Below, in pieces: positions 20,293 through 29,539 of a DNA stretch of 64,000 nucleotides; positions within the stretch are counted from its first letter, which is position 1; every line of letters starts with the position of its first letter. This DNA is from Methanotrichaceae archaeon (GTDB lineage: Archaea; Halobacteriota; Methanosarcinia; Methanotrichales; Methanotrichaceae): contig CAWDLW010000015.1 of the NCBI GenBank assembly GCA_963803145.1, positions 96,001-160,000 of the forward strand, read 5' to 3'. A model generated the notes under the pieces. That model made no database searches. It saw nothing but the letters and a program-made list of their open reading frames with translations, and was not told where the DNA came from. The position numbers were made by a program, and so were the translations under genes.

Positions 20293-20670
20293 TCACCTCA
20301 AAATCTTTATGCCGGTACCCTTTGGCTGCTCCAAAATGAGCTTTTCAATATCCAGGCATTTACCGCCTGCCGATGCTATCTTAGACATAGCCTGGCCGCT
20401 GAAGCCGAGTGCTGCTATAGTAACGCTATGATCAAGATCTCCAGAGGATAGAACCTTTCCTGCTATGAGCACGATATCATTGGGCTTGGTATGCCTGTTA
20501 ATCTTGCTAAGATTCACAGCAGCATAGTTGCGGCTTGGCTTTTCTAGTCGCCTTGCTATATCACGCCAGATGGCGACGCCATTGTTGCGAGAGGCAGCCT
20601 TAAGGTTACCGATAAGGCGAACCACTCTCGGATTAGTTTTTTCAATATTCTTCATCGTAATTCTCCGCAA
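20293..20670 (-). CDS. rpl18e: 50S ribosomal protein L18e (start TTG 20670 or ATG 20655)
   Basis: KTNP, IWRDIA, VNLSKINR, GKVLSSG, FSGQA. Confidence 0.95.
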   Translation of the reverse strand: MRRITMKNIEKTNPRVVRLIGNLKAASRNNGVAIWRDIARRLEKPSRNYAAVNLSKINRHTKPNDIVLIAGKVLSSGDLDHSVTIAALGFSGQAMSKIASAGGKCLDIEKLILEQPKGTGIKILR

Positions 20671-20782
20671 TGTCTCGAGTGAGACCGACTCACGCGAAGG
20701 TTAGCTCGCGTTCGAACCAGCCGGTTCATGCGCCCAGGGCATGCTAGCCCATGTGCGGGATAAATAGATCGACTCCTCGCCA

Positions 20783-20797
20783 GTATTTAAGGGTTTT
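20783..20797 (-). promoter_or_regulatory. Putative BRE/TATA promoter of the rpl18e operon
   Basis: Minus strand GAAAACCC-TTAAATA about 115 nt upstream of rpl18e. Confidence 0.55.
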
Positions 20798-20915
20798 CCA
20801 TTTGTGTTGTGCGGTAGATCCCAGGATGGACCCTTGAAGAGCAAATATATCTGAGATCAGATCTTATGGTAAGGTATTAATGCCCTTACTAAACATATCG
20901 TCAACGTTGAGCTAA

Positions 20916-22178
20916 ATGATCGATCTTATAATAATACCCTGTATAGCTATAGGGTTCATTTTAGGAGCGATTAGCGGGCTTACGCCTGGACTGCATGTCA
21001 ACAACTTCGCATCCATGCTGCTTGCGCTTTCACCTGTGCTGATGGATAAAGGATTTCTACCGTACCACATTGCCTTAATGATTTTGGCGGCAAGCATATC
21101 ACAGACGTTTTTCGATACTATACCGGCGATACTCGTTGGCGCCCCTGATGCAGATACTGCTCTATCCGTCCTGCCAGGCCACAGCCTTGTTCTAGAAGGG
21201 CGTGCTGTTGAGGCGGTTCGCCTTTCAGCATTAGGCAGTGTGGGCTCTATTATCATCGCGCTTCTTCTAGTCTACCCTTTATCAGAGATCTTCTCTTTTT
21301 GCTATAGCTATCTTACGAAGTATATCGGAGTCTTCTTATTGGGAATAACGATGCTGATGATAAAGAGCGAGAGGGGCCCGCAAATTGAAGGTCAAGGTTC
21401 CCTTGTGCATCTGAAATACAAAGCGTTAGCAGCTCTTCTCTTTGCTACAAGCGGTTTTCTAGGCTTGTTCGCTCTCAACCACCAGGATCTGTTTCAATCG
21501 CCCCTCGGTTTCGAGCCACAGGCTCTATTGCCTCTGCTCTCGGGAATTTTCGGGGCATCTTTTCTGATATTAAGCCTTTATTCCGAATCTAAGATCCCTG
21601 AGCAGACTGAGACCGAGATGAAAATTACTCTTAATGCCCTGACAAAATCGGTCATTGCAGGTGGCTTCGGCGGCTCTGTTGTGGCATGGATCCCAGGGAT
21701 TTCACCGGCAGTGGCGACTATAACCATGCGATTAGGCGTGCCCTCCTCCGCAGAGGAGTTCTTGGTATCCATTGCTGGTGTGAACACATCCAATGCGCTT
21801 TTCTCTCTGGTAGCGCTCTATGCGGTTGGCAGACCGCGAAGTGGCGCAGTGGTGGCAATTCAAAAATTGATAACCGTGGACAAGAATATTCTGCTTCAGA
21901 TGATGATAATTATAGTAATAGTCGCAGCTATATCTTACATAGCAGTTATAGCATCAGCACGTTTTGCCGCCCGGGTGATACCGCGGCTGAACTATAGGAT
22001 GCTTTGCCTCTGTGTTCTAGCTGGACTTACAGCCATGTGTCTTGTGTTCACCGGATGGTTCGGGCTTTTCGTATTTTTCCTTTCTACGGTAGTTGGTCTT
22101 ATCGCGCCCGTCGCCGGAATCCACAAGACGCATGCTATGGGGGTGCTGATGCTGCCGCTGATTATGCATTATCTATAG
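20916..22178 (+). CDS. TctA/DUF112 family membrane protein
   Basis: GLTPGLHVN, GAPD...LPGH, WIPGIS, GRPRSG. Confidence 0.88.
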   Translation: MIDLIIIPCIAIGFILGAISGLTPGLHVNNFASMLLALSPVLMDKGFLPYHIALMILAASISQTFFDTIPAILVGAPDADTALSVLPGHSLVLEGRAVEAVRLSALGSVGSIIIALLLVYPLSEIFSFCYSYLTKYIGVFLLGITMLMIKSERGPQIEGQGSLVHLKYKALAALLFATSGFLGLFALNHQDLFQSPLGFEPQALLPLLSGIFGASFLILSLYSESKIPEQTETEMKITLNALTKSVIAGGFGGSVVAWIPGISPAVATITMRLGVPSSAEEFLVSIAGVNTSNALFSLVALYAVGRPRSGAVVAIQKLITVDKNILLQMMIIIVIVAAISYIAVIASARFAARVIPRLNYRMLCLCVLAGLTAMCLVFTGWFGLFVFFLSTVVGLIAPVAGIHKTHAMGVLMLPLIMHYL

Positions 22179-22321
22179 ATGAAATAGTGCTTAATTGGAA
22201 TGCTATGTATCTACATATATAAGTCATGCTAATTATATCGCTTATAAAATTGAAAAAGAAACCTCCTGGATAACATTCCCAGGAGCCGAGTGGGACTTAA
22301 ATATAATATGGAGAAGCCCAC

Positions 22322-22573
22322 TCACATCCAGTGCTTCTTCATTTCATGATATTTCTTATGCTTTTTGGCGAAGATAATCATCATAACTACTGATGACACT
22401 CCTACCATGGTATACACAATCCTCGACAGTTTTGAGCCTCTCCCAAAGAGTACATCCACAAGGCTGAAGCCGAAAAGTCCAACAATTCCCCAATTCAGGC
22501 CGCCTATAATAACCAGCAGTGGTGCCAGAAGAAAGAGCGGCTTACAATGCTTGCCATGCTTCCAATGCATCAT
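22322..22573 (-). CDS. DUF378 family small membrane protein
   Basis: LVIIGGLNWGIVGLFGF.LV..LFG...SRIVY.MVG. Confidence 0.88.
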   Translation of the reverse strand: MMHWKHGKHCKPLFLLAPLLVIIGGLNWGIVGLFGFSLVDVLFGRGSKLSRIVYTMVGVSSVVMMIIFAKKHKKYHEMKKHWM

Positions 22574-22659
22574 TTTAGATCTCCTTGAAATATTTACAGA
22601 TAAAAATTATAGAGTATTACTACAAATATTTTATCTGAAAGTGCTGCCCCTATGTGTAA

Positions 22660-23616
22660 TTAGCGCAGGCAATTCTCTATCTGCGCCAGGGCCGTTGCTG
22701 GAAGTCCGCATTGCTGAAGATGATTTGCAAGCAGATTCGCCCTTTCCCCTTCAGGATGATATATCAGAACCTCTTGTGGCGAGATATGCTCAATCATTCG
22801 CATGAGTCCCCTGAAATCCAGGTGATCGCTCAATCTGATCGTTGGGTAGGAAGTATCTCGCCTGCCTGTCAGAAAATACTTGTTCCGCCCAGGTATCTGC
22901 CCCAGATTCCAGGGGGTGACCACGTTCGTTCCTTCGCCGCTTACCGGGGACAGCGGCTCAGAGTACGGCATAAGCTCCTTCGTTAAAGCAAGGCTTTGCT
23001 CATCCATTCCTATCTCGCCATCGTAGCCCATTGCCCTGATTAATGCAACAGCCCTCTGAGCTTTTCCAAAGGCATAGGCACCAAAGCTCGCTCCTGACTC
23101 AAGAGCTTCATAAAAGCCCCCAATATCATCATCGAAAATACAAGAGGGATCCCAGGGATCGCCGTAGTTGGCTTCCGATACCAGGTAATCGCAGCGTGGA
23201 AGTGCGCTATAATCCTTCACATCCCCTGTAACAAGAACGCGGGTTCCGACCTCGGTCTCCCATCCGAAGGCACAGGAGCCGATGGTATGACCAGTTGTGT
23301 ATGTTTTGACTTCAACGTCCCCGATCATTATGCTCTCGCCTACTGTAAATCTCCTGCCGTTATATTTGCGACCATAGCGTATCTCCAGGGCGCGTGCCGT
23401 CTCAACAGATGCGATAGCTAGCTCTGAAAGCATGGCGGATTTTCCATAATGATCGCTATGCGCGTGAGTAATGAGAAAGGCATCAGGCTGTGTAGCGTAT
23501 TTTGGAGATCTACTTGTATCTATAGAAAAGAGATGAGAATCGAATTTTATGGAGAGATGAGGCGCAGAACCGCCGCAGCTATTAAGCCTCCTTACAGGCT
23601 CCACGCCTAGGTCCAT
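22660..23616 (-). CDS. MBL-fold (beta-CASP-like) nuclease/hydrolase
   Basis: ITHAHSDHYG, GHTIGS, VTGD, EANYG, YAFGKAQ, LSDHLDF. Confidence 0.85.
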   Translation of the reverse strand: MDLGVEPVRRLNSCGGSAPHLSIKFDSHLFSIDTSRSPKYATQPDAFLITHAHSDHYGKSAMLSELAIASVETARALEIRYGRKYNGRRFTVGESIMIGDVEVKTYTTGHTIGSCAFGWETEVGTRVLVTGDVKDYSALPRCDYLVSEANYGDPWDPSCIFDDDIGGFYEALESGASFGAYAFGKAQRAVALIRAMGYDGEIGMDEQSLALTKELMPYSEPLSPVSGEGTNVVTPWNLGQIPGRNKYFLTGRRDTSYPTIRLSDHLDFRGLMRMIEHISPQEVLIYHPEGERANLLANHLQQCGLPATALAQIENCLR

Positions 23617-23620
23617 AGTA

Positions 23621-23893
23621 TCACTTCAAAGCATCGTTTATGGCTTTGGAGAGTTCATCCTTGGATGTCACACCCATCCACTTCTTCAGCTCAACGCCGT
23701 CCTTCTCGAGGATGAGCGTAGGAACTACGAAGATGCCTTTCTGTGATGCTAGCTCCCCTTCTTTATCTACGTTTATCTTCTTGAACTCAGCCTTATCCTT
23801 GAACTCAATCTTAAGAGCGTCTATTATTGGGGACTGCACCCTGCAGGGCCCGCACCAATCTGCATAAAAGTCCATAAGAACGGGTTTGGCCAA
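23621..23893 (-). CDS. trxA: Thioredoxin
   Basis: DFYADWCGPC, VPT cis-Pro loop. Confidence 0.93.
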   Translation of the reverse strand: MAKPVLMDFYADWCGPCRVQSPIIDALKIEFKDKAEFKKINVDKEGELASQKGIFVVPTLILEKDGVELKKWMGVTSKDELSKAINDALK

Positions 23894-23953
23894 AATGTAT
23901 CACCTCATGAAATCCTTGAGCATTAACAAATTAGGTTTGACCTTCCTACTATA

Positions 23954-24403
23954 TCAAGCTATATCGAACTTCACGCCGATTTTAAATATCCTAATTGTAG
24001 GCAGGACAAGCTGTTTCATTCCAGTCTTTGATTTTATCTCATCAAGGGATTCAAGAATCCTTTGCTCCTTTGCGGATATAGTGAACCAGAGGTTGTAGCC
24101 TGTCTCATTCGGCCTCAGGTAATTGTGTGAAACCTCTTCATATTCGTTCACAACTTCGGCAACCTCGTCAGCCTTCTCCGCCGGAACTTTTAGTGCAACA
24201 AGGACCCCGCTGTATCCCAATTTTCTCAAATCCATTATTGGCCCAATTCTTCTAATGAGGCCATCACTTTTGAGCCTATCCAGCCTAACGATCGCCTCTG
24301 CCTCGCTTATCCCAAGCGATTCGCCTAAAGTGTGAAATGGCCTTTTCACAAGAGGGAATCCTTCCTGGACCCGTGCCAGAAGCTTAAGGTCAGTCTCATC
24401 CAT
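23954..24403 (-). CDS. ahbA: Siroheme decarboxylase subunit (AhbA; Lrp/AsnC-like)
   Basis: FPLVKRPF, GLIRRIG, VSHNYLR, YNLWFT, FKIGVKF; adjacent to ahbD-like gene. Confidence 0.85.
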   Translation of the reverse strand: MDETDLKLLARVQEGFPLVKRPFHTLGESLGISEAEAIVRLDRLKSDGLIRRIGPIMDLRKLGYSGVLVALKVPAEKADEVAEVVNEYEEVSHNYLRPNETGYNLWFTISAKEQRILESLDEIKSKTGMKQLVLPTIRIFKIGVKFDIA

Positions 24404-25371
24404 CAGACAGTCTCCGGACATAGTGGATCGGACTGCAGATAGTCGCCCGTCTTTGAGTAGGCCCTTGCCCTGCAGCCGCCACAGATCTTCATATAACTAC
24501 ATTCGCCGCATTTTCCTTTAAGCTCTCGATCTTTCAAGGACTTTAGGACGGGGGAGCTTTCCCAAATCTCAAGAAAACTCTGCTCACGGATATTGCCTGC
24601 GAGAAGCGGCAGGTAGCCACATGGATAGACCTGCCCACGTCTGGAGATGAAGACGAAACTCCTTCCTGCAAGACATCCTCCGCTGTGTCTTCGTCCTTCC
24701 TTCGCTTTTGATATCCTGGCATACTGAGGGGCGCATGTAACCTGGATCTCGATATGCCTTCTGGAACTTTCCTTATCTATCATGCGGAGAATTTCCTCTT
24801 GCTGTATGGGGGATATTAGGTCCTCCTCTTTTCCTCTGCCTGTAGGGACTAAGAAGAAAAAGTGAAGGGCCTTTGCTCCAAGTTTTTCAGCAAGATCGAA
24901 CATGGATAGGATACTATCCTTATTTTTTCTAGTGATAGTTGTATTGATCTGGAAATCGATTTTACCCTGTAAGTTATCTATTCCCTTCATCGTCTGCATG
25001 AAGCAGCCCAGGCCGCGAGTTGTGTCATGCGTTTTAGGAGATGCCCCATCAAGGCTTATGCTCACACGCTTTATTCCTGAGGCCGCTATCTTATCCACGA
25101 CATCAGAAGTAAGCAATGTTCCATTTGTTGCGAGCGAAGTGCGAAGGCCCTTATCGGAGGCATGCTTCGCCAGCATAAAGATGTCAGGGCGCAGCAACGG
25201 TTCGCCTCCGCTCAGTATAAGCATGGGCTTTAACGGGGCAATCTCGTCAATAAAGGCCAATGCTTCGGTGGTGGTGAGCTCATCGGGATCGGGCGTGGGC
25301 TTGGCTGAAGCTCTGCAATAGCTGCAATGCAGATTACAGGCAGATGTAGTCTCCCATGCTATTATCAGCAT
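24403..25371 (-). CDS. ahbD: Radical SAM/SPASM heme b synthase, AhbD-like
   Basis: AWETTSACNLHCSYCRASA, TCAPQYARI, GCLAG, PCGYLP, CGGCRARAY. Confidence 0.8.
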   Translation of the reverse strand: MLIIAWETTSACNLHCSYCRASAKPTPDPDELTTTEALAFIDEIAPLKPMLILSGGEPLLRPDIFMLAKHASDKGLRTSLATNGTLLTSDVVDKIAASGIKRVSISLDGASPKTHDTTRGLGCFMQTMKGIDNLQGKIDFQINTTITRKNKDSILSMFDLAEKLGAKALHFFFLVPTGRGKEEDLISPIQQEEILRMIDKESSRRHIEIQVTCAPQYARISKAKEGRRHSGGCLAGRSFVFISRRGQVYPCGYLPLLAGNIREQSFLEIWESSPVLKSLKDRELKGKCGECSYMKICGGCRARAYSKTGDYLQSDPLCPETV

Positions 25372-26402
25372 CAGAGGTAGCCTTTCTTATGCAGTAGCTC
25401 TGCGTTGAGTATGCTTGCTCCGGCAGCCCCGCGGACAGTGTTGTGACCCATTGCTATGAACCTGATTCCCGACCTGATGCGTCCTACTGATACCGACATG
25501 CCATTTCCTCGATTGCGATCGAGACGAGGCTGAGGCCTGTCAACCTCATCCTTGACTATGAGTGCCCTCTCGGGCGAAGTCGGCAGATCGCCGAGCTTGG
25601 GATCGAAGTCAAGCATTGCTTTCCTGACCTCCTCGGGTGTTGGGCTATCTCTCATAGTTACCCAGACAGCTTCAGTGTGGCCATCCATGACAGGCACACG
25701 ATGGCAGCTCGCACTGACTGTGAAATCAGCAGGAACGATCTTCTGGCCGTCAAAGGCGCCCAGAATCTTCTGGGGTTCCATCTCCACCTTCTCCTCCTCG
25801 CCACCAATATAGGGAATTACATTTCCGAGGATTGCCATGGAAGGGACTCCCTCATAGCCTGCGCCGCTTACAGCCTGCATGGATGCGACATGTACTGTTT
25901 GGATCCCGAACTTCATGAGCGGCTTAAGGGCCAGGGTAAACATGACGGTCGTGCAATTTGGATTGGTCGTGAGGTAACCATCCCAGCCTCTCTTCTCCTG
26001 CTGCACTTTAATTAGCTCTAGGTGCTCATGGTTGCACTCTGGTATAAGAAGCGGCACATCAGCAACCATGCGGTAAGAGCTGGTGTTGCTTGCTACAGCA
26101 AAGCCTGCAGCAGCAAAGGCAGGCTCAGCCGTCTTGGCCTCATCAGCCGGAAGCGCCGAGAATACTATATCCGCGTCCACCTCTCTGGGATCAACATTAA
26201 CTACGGTCATATCTCCTATATCAGAGGGAAGCTCGCTCTCAAGGCGCCATTTTGCAGCCTCGCTATACTTCTTTCCTGCGCTCCTTTCAGAGGCCGCGAG
26301 GCTCGTAAGCTCAAACCAAGGATGCTTCTTTAGTCCCTCAATGAATCGCTGTCCTACGGCGCCGGTTGCGCCCAGAACGCCTGCTTTGATCTTGGCCATC
26401 AA
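25371..26402 (-). CDS. asd: Aspartate-semialdehyde dehydrogenase
   Basis: [40 protein letters not shown]. Confidence 0.96.
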   Translation of the reverse strand: MMAKIKAGVLGATGAVGQRFIEGLKKHPWFELTSLAASERSAGKKYSEAAKWRLESELPSDIGDMTVVNVDPREVDADIVFSALPADEAKTAEPAFAAAGFAVASNTSSYRMVADVPLLIPECNHEHLELIKVQQEKRGWDGYLTTNPNCTTVMFTLALKPLMKFGIQTVHVASMQAVSGAGYEGVPSMAILGNVIPYIGGEEEKVEMEPQKILGAFDGQKIVPADFTVSASCHRVPVMDGHTEAVWVTMRDSPTPEEVRKAMLDFDPKLGDLPTSPERALIVKDEVDRPQPRLDRNRGNGMSVSVGRIRSGIRFIAMGHNTVRGAAGASILNAELLHKKGYL

Positions 26403-27486
26403 ATCACCTAAACTAGGTGGGGCGGTAGGAGCTGAGGTGTATATATTTCCTTCTCAGGAATGCTTCGAAAAAAGAGCCAGAAAGAAAATCTAGGTTCAAG
26501 CTCATTAGAGGGCTTGCTATACGACGAACTATGTATTCTGATATCTCTGGCAGCCCTAGTAGCTTCAAATCGTTCGATCATCTTTTCAAAGGGCTCCTGG
26601 AACCAAACCTGAAAAGAGTCAACTGGCGATCCGAGATCGCCATCCTCTTCTTTTTTGCCTGCGGAGATCCGAAGGTCTGCTGCTAACTGCCGATCAAAAC
26701 AGAGAGGAAATAAATGCAGCTTCGCCAGATTGAATTGATTCTTCCTCAAAATAGGCTAACAGATGCTGAGGAGCTGATAAAGAATAGAAAAGAGTTCTCA
26801 GCATAAGTATACAGCCGATTACAGCCTCACAGAGATATTGATATTGGGTCTGTACAGTCGGAAAATCCATCAATTCCTGAGATTTAGTCCAGAATAAGTG
26901 TAGGGCTTATGGACGTGATCTTTGCTCTTGCTTCTGGATGTGATGGAGCGCTGTCATTCACCTCTGCAGCTCAAGCTGCCCTAATTGGCGTAGCTTAGGA
27001 TGATATCGATTTAAAGCAGTGGGTCATCTTATTCAGCTAGCTCTACTGGTGGTCATGGAAATCTACAAAGCGCTGAAAGATGAGCGGAAAGTCTACAATT
27101 CTACAATAAGTGAGAATACTCCTGCAGTCAAACGATTCTATAGTTCAATTAAATATTTAAAGTAGCATCGAGCAGTCCCAGCTTCGGCTCTAACTTAAGG
27201 CGTTTATCATCCATAGTTTGGTTCAGTAAGAATTCTGGCTGATACAAATGATTGTGGTGCTTCAGATAAGATCCTCTCCCTGCTGTACTGGGGCCAAAAT
27301 GTATCCGCTGGAGTGGATGCAAAGAGTTGAGGATCCGTCCCATGCAGCACTCTTCGCGGACATCGCCTGATTTCGTTTGATGGCAAGACATCTCCAGGGA
27401 TGAAACATTGTACATTATTTTAATTCCCAAACTCGGAGCTTCGAATTCTGATTAAGCTAGTGTAATATCTGCGACCTAACGGCGTT

Positions 27487-27570
27487 TTATCGTATCATCA
27501 GCCACCACCATAAGATAGCAATAGCCACTAGCAGTGTTAATATTAGAGCATCTCTAATCCCTTTTTCCAT
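27487..27570 (-). CDS. Putative 27-aa single-TM small protein
   Basis: MEKGIRDALILTLLVAIAILWWWLMIR*. Confidence 0.4.
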   Translation of the reverse strand: MEKGIRDALILTLLVAIAILWWWLMIR

Positions 27571-27591
27571 AGCCTGCATCCTTTTAATTAA

Positions 27592-27768
27592 CTATCTCAT
27601 CAAATCTCCGATAATAATCAAGAGTGCGCAAATTCCTCCCAAAACTGCTCCGATGGTTGTACTTTCTGGGCGCTTAACCCCATATGGCTTACCGTTCTTT
27701 GGTTTATTCATATAAATTTGTTCAGTACTTTTCCAATACTGTCGCATTGGTTCCGTTATTCCTTCCAT
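27592..27768 (-). CDS. Putative 58-aa protein with C-terminal TM segment
   Basis: MEGITEPMRQYW...IGAVLGGICALLIIIGDLMR*; GGAGG RBS upstream. Confidence 0.45.
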   Translation of the reverse strand: MEGITEPMRQYWKSTEQIYMNKPKNGKPYGVKRPESTTIGAVLGGICALLIIIGDLMR

Positions 27769-27936
27769 TTAATTCGCCTCCACATATGATAATTCCATTT
27801 GCAGATAATGCAACAAAATGGTTTGTATTTTTTTGAAACTGGTCAGATAAAGAAGTTTTGTTTGGATTAATACCAATAGAAGTTGATATTTCGTCCATGA
27901 ATTAGCCATATGCTTTCTCTGAATCTTGTCCATCAT
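27769..27936 (-). CDS. Putative 55-aa small protein
   Basis: MMDKIQRKHMANSW...SYVEAN*; its TAA directly abuts the next ATG. Confidence 0.3.
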   Translation of the reverse strand: MMDKIQRKHMANSWTKYQLLLVLIQTKLLYLTSFKKIQTILLHYLQMELSYVEAN

Positions 27937-28408
27937 CGTTCCATTACCTGGCTTTTTCTACTACCTTATAGGTATTAACCTATTTTACCCTTATGGTGAT
28001 TTTACCATTTAAGCCCTAATACCAAAAGAGTTAAAAACTTGGAAATACGATTGCGAGGAAGGTAGGCCAGCTGAAATGTCATTCCCTCCCAATATGCTTA
28101 ACAGCAAATTGCGTCCATTATCCTACATCTGTAAGCAATACCGCGGTTATGAGTAAACTTGGCATAAGATTGGCCTACCTATCACCTCTTTGATTTTTAT
28201 ACATGCGGAGAGTGTTGGAGAAACTAATTGGAACGCGGCTGTTTTAGCATTCACGCTCACAGGCGCAATTAGGAAGTTGTTGCTGAATAGGCAATTCCAT
28301 TTATATAATGCCTTATCGTGAGTTTTGCAATCTTATCTTAGAAATAAGGTTTGAATCCCAGCTGTCTGCTTTATTTTCCGATCCCTTAGTTAACTTATTG
28401 GGCTCAAC

Positions 28409-28855
28409 CTACTGATGCCTGATCGTGCTAAGATCGCTGAAAATCTCTGCGGCGATTGCGGGCGAGACCCTATAGCGCTCACAGATTGCCAGTATTCTAT
28501 GAATTTCATCCCGTTCAAATGAGGCCGTGTGTTGAGCAACATACAACATTGCCCCCTGGTAGCCTTCATCCAACAATTTCTCTTGAATAGCATCTAATAG
28601 GTGCTCATCTATGGAGACCCCAATTTTCCCAATTTTGTTTATCACCTTTGCGATCTTTGGATCATTGAAATCCACGCTTGCTACTTCGGGAGTGGAAGTC
28701 ATTTCGATAAAATCCAATGACTTCTTGGAAACTCCGCTCATTATCAACTCAGATGCAAGCTTCTTTAGCGTTTTTCTCTGGAGGATGGCCTCAGCCTCAA
28801 GTGCTCTGTAGGCCTCAGGTGTGACCTCTATCCTGGTATATCTATTGCTTGGCAT
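28409..28855 (-). CDS. Hypothetical protein with possible N-terminal ribbon-helix-helix
   Basis: YTRIEVTPEAYRALEAEAILQRKTLKKLASELI strand-helix-helix pattern; G-rich RBS. Confidence 0.65.
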   Translation of the reverse strand: MPSNRYTRIEVTPEAYRALEAEAILQRKTLKKLASELIMSGVSKKSLDFIEMTSTPEVASVDFNDPKIAKVINKIGKIGVSIDEHLLDAIQEKLLDEGYQGAMLYVAQHTASFERDEIHRILAICERYRVSPAIAAEIFSDLSTIRHQ

Positions 28856-29539
28856 TCGATCACGGCCCCCCCTCTACTTAATGGACTTATAGATATTATG
28901 GGTATTAAAAGACTACGTTATGCGATACAGTCAATTTGATCCTGCTGGAAACACTACCTCATTGAACTAACATAATTTTAAGTGGGGCATTAATCACATA
29001 TGATACGGTGACCGGATATTATCCATTTTTAGAACTATTGATCATGCAGGGGATGCTGTAAGCGAAAAGATTGACTCGTTTTCAATATCAGATATGCTTC
29101 CATTAGTTTGATTTTAGGGCCATACCTTTTTGGCTTTTTTCCCTTTTTTACCAAAAAGGATAAATACCATTTACACCACTAAGGAATAACTAAAAATGAT
29201 AAGGGGAAAAGGATATGGATAAATCAGTACGCGTAAATGCATTTCCTTATTGGATAGCCATACTGGTAATAATCGATATAGCCTTAATTGCAATGGGAGT
29301 AATGCGAACCTGAAACGGAAGAGATCTTTATAAATACAGTTGCGATAAAGTGTCTTTCTCTTAGCAATGAACTCTAATGGCATGACATCACCGAATAAAA
29401 ACAGGATAGGCCGTAAGATGCACGATACTGTTAATTTGCAGAAAGGCCTGTTCTGATAATCAGATGTGGTGCAATCTCCGGAAGATAAATAAGATCGCTA
29501 ATATCGCCACGGCAAACGATGACTTATCCCAATGGCAGA

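Noticed and set aside
27080-27100. GAGCGGAAAGTC resembling the RNase P RNA 5' motif
   Set aside because: No matching 3' P4 strand or GC-rich helices; context too AT-rich
29171-29383. 70-aa ORF, and likewise 32438-32635
   Set aside because: AT-rich intergenic context, no RBS, unnatural composition
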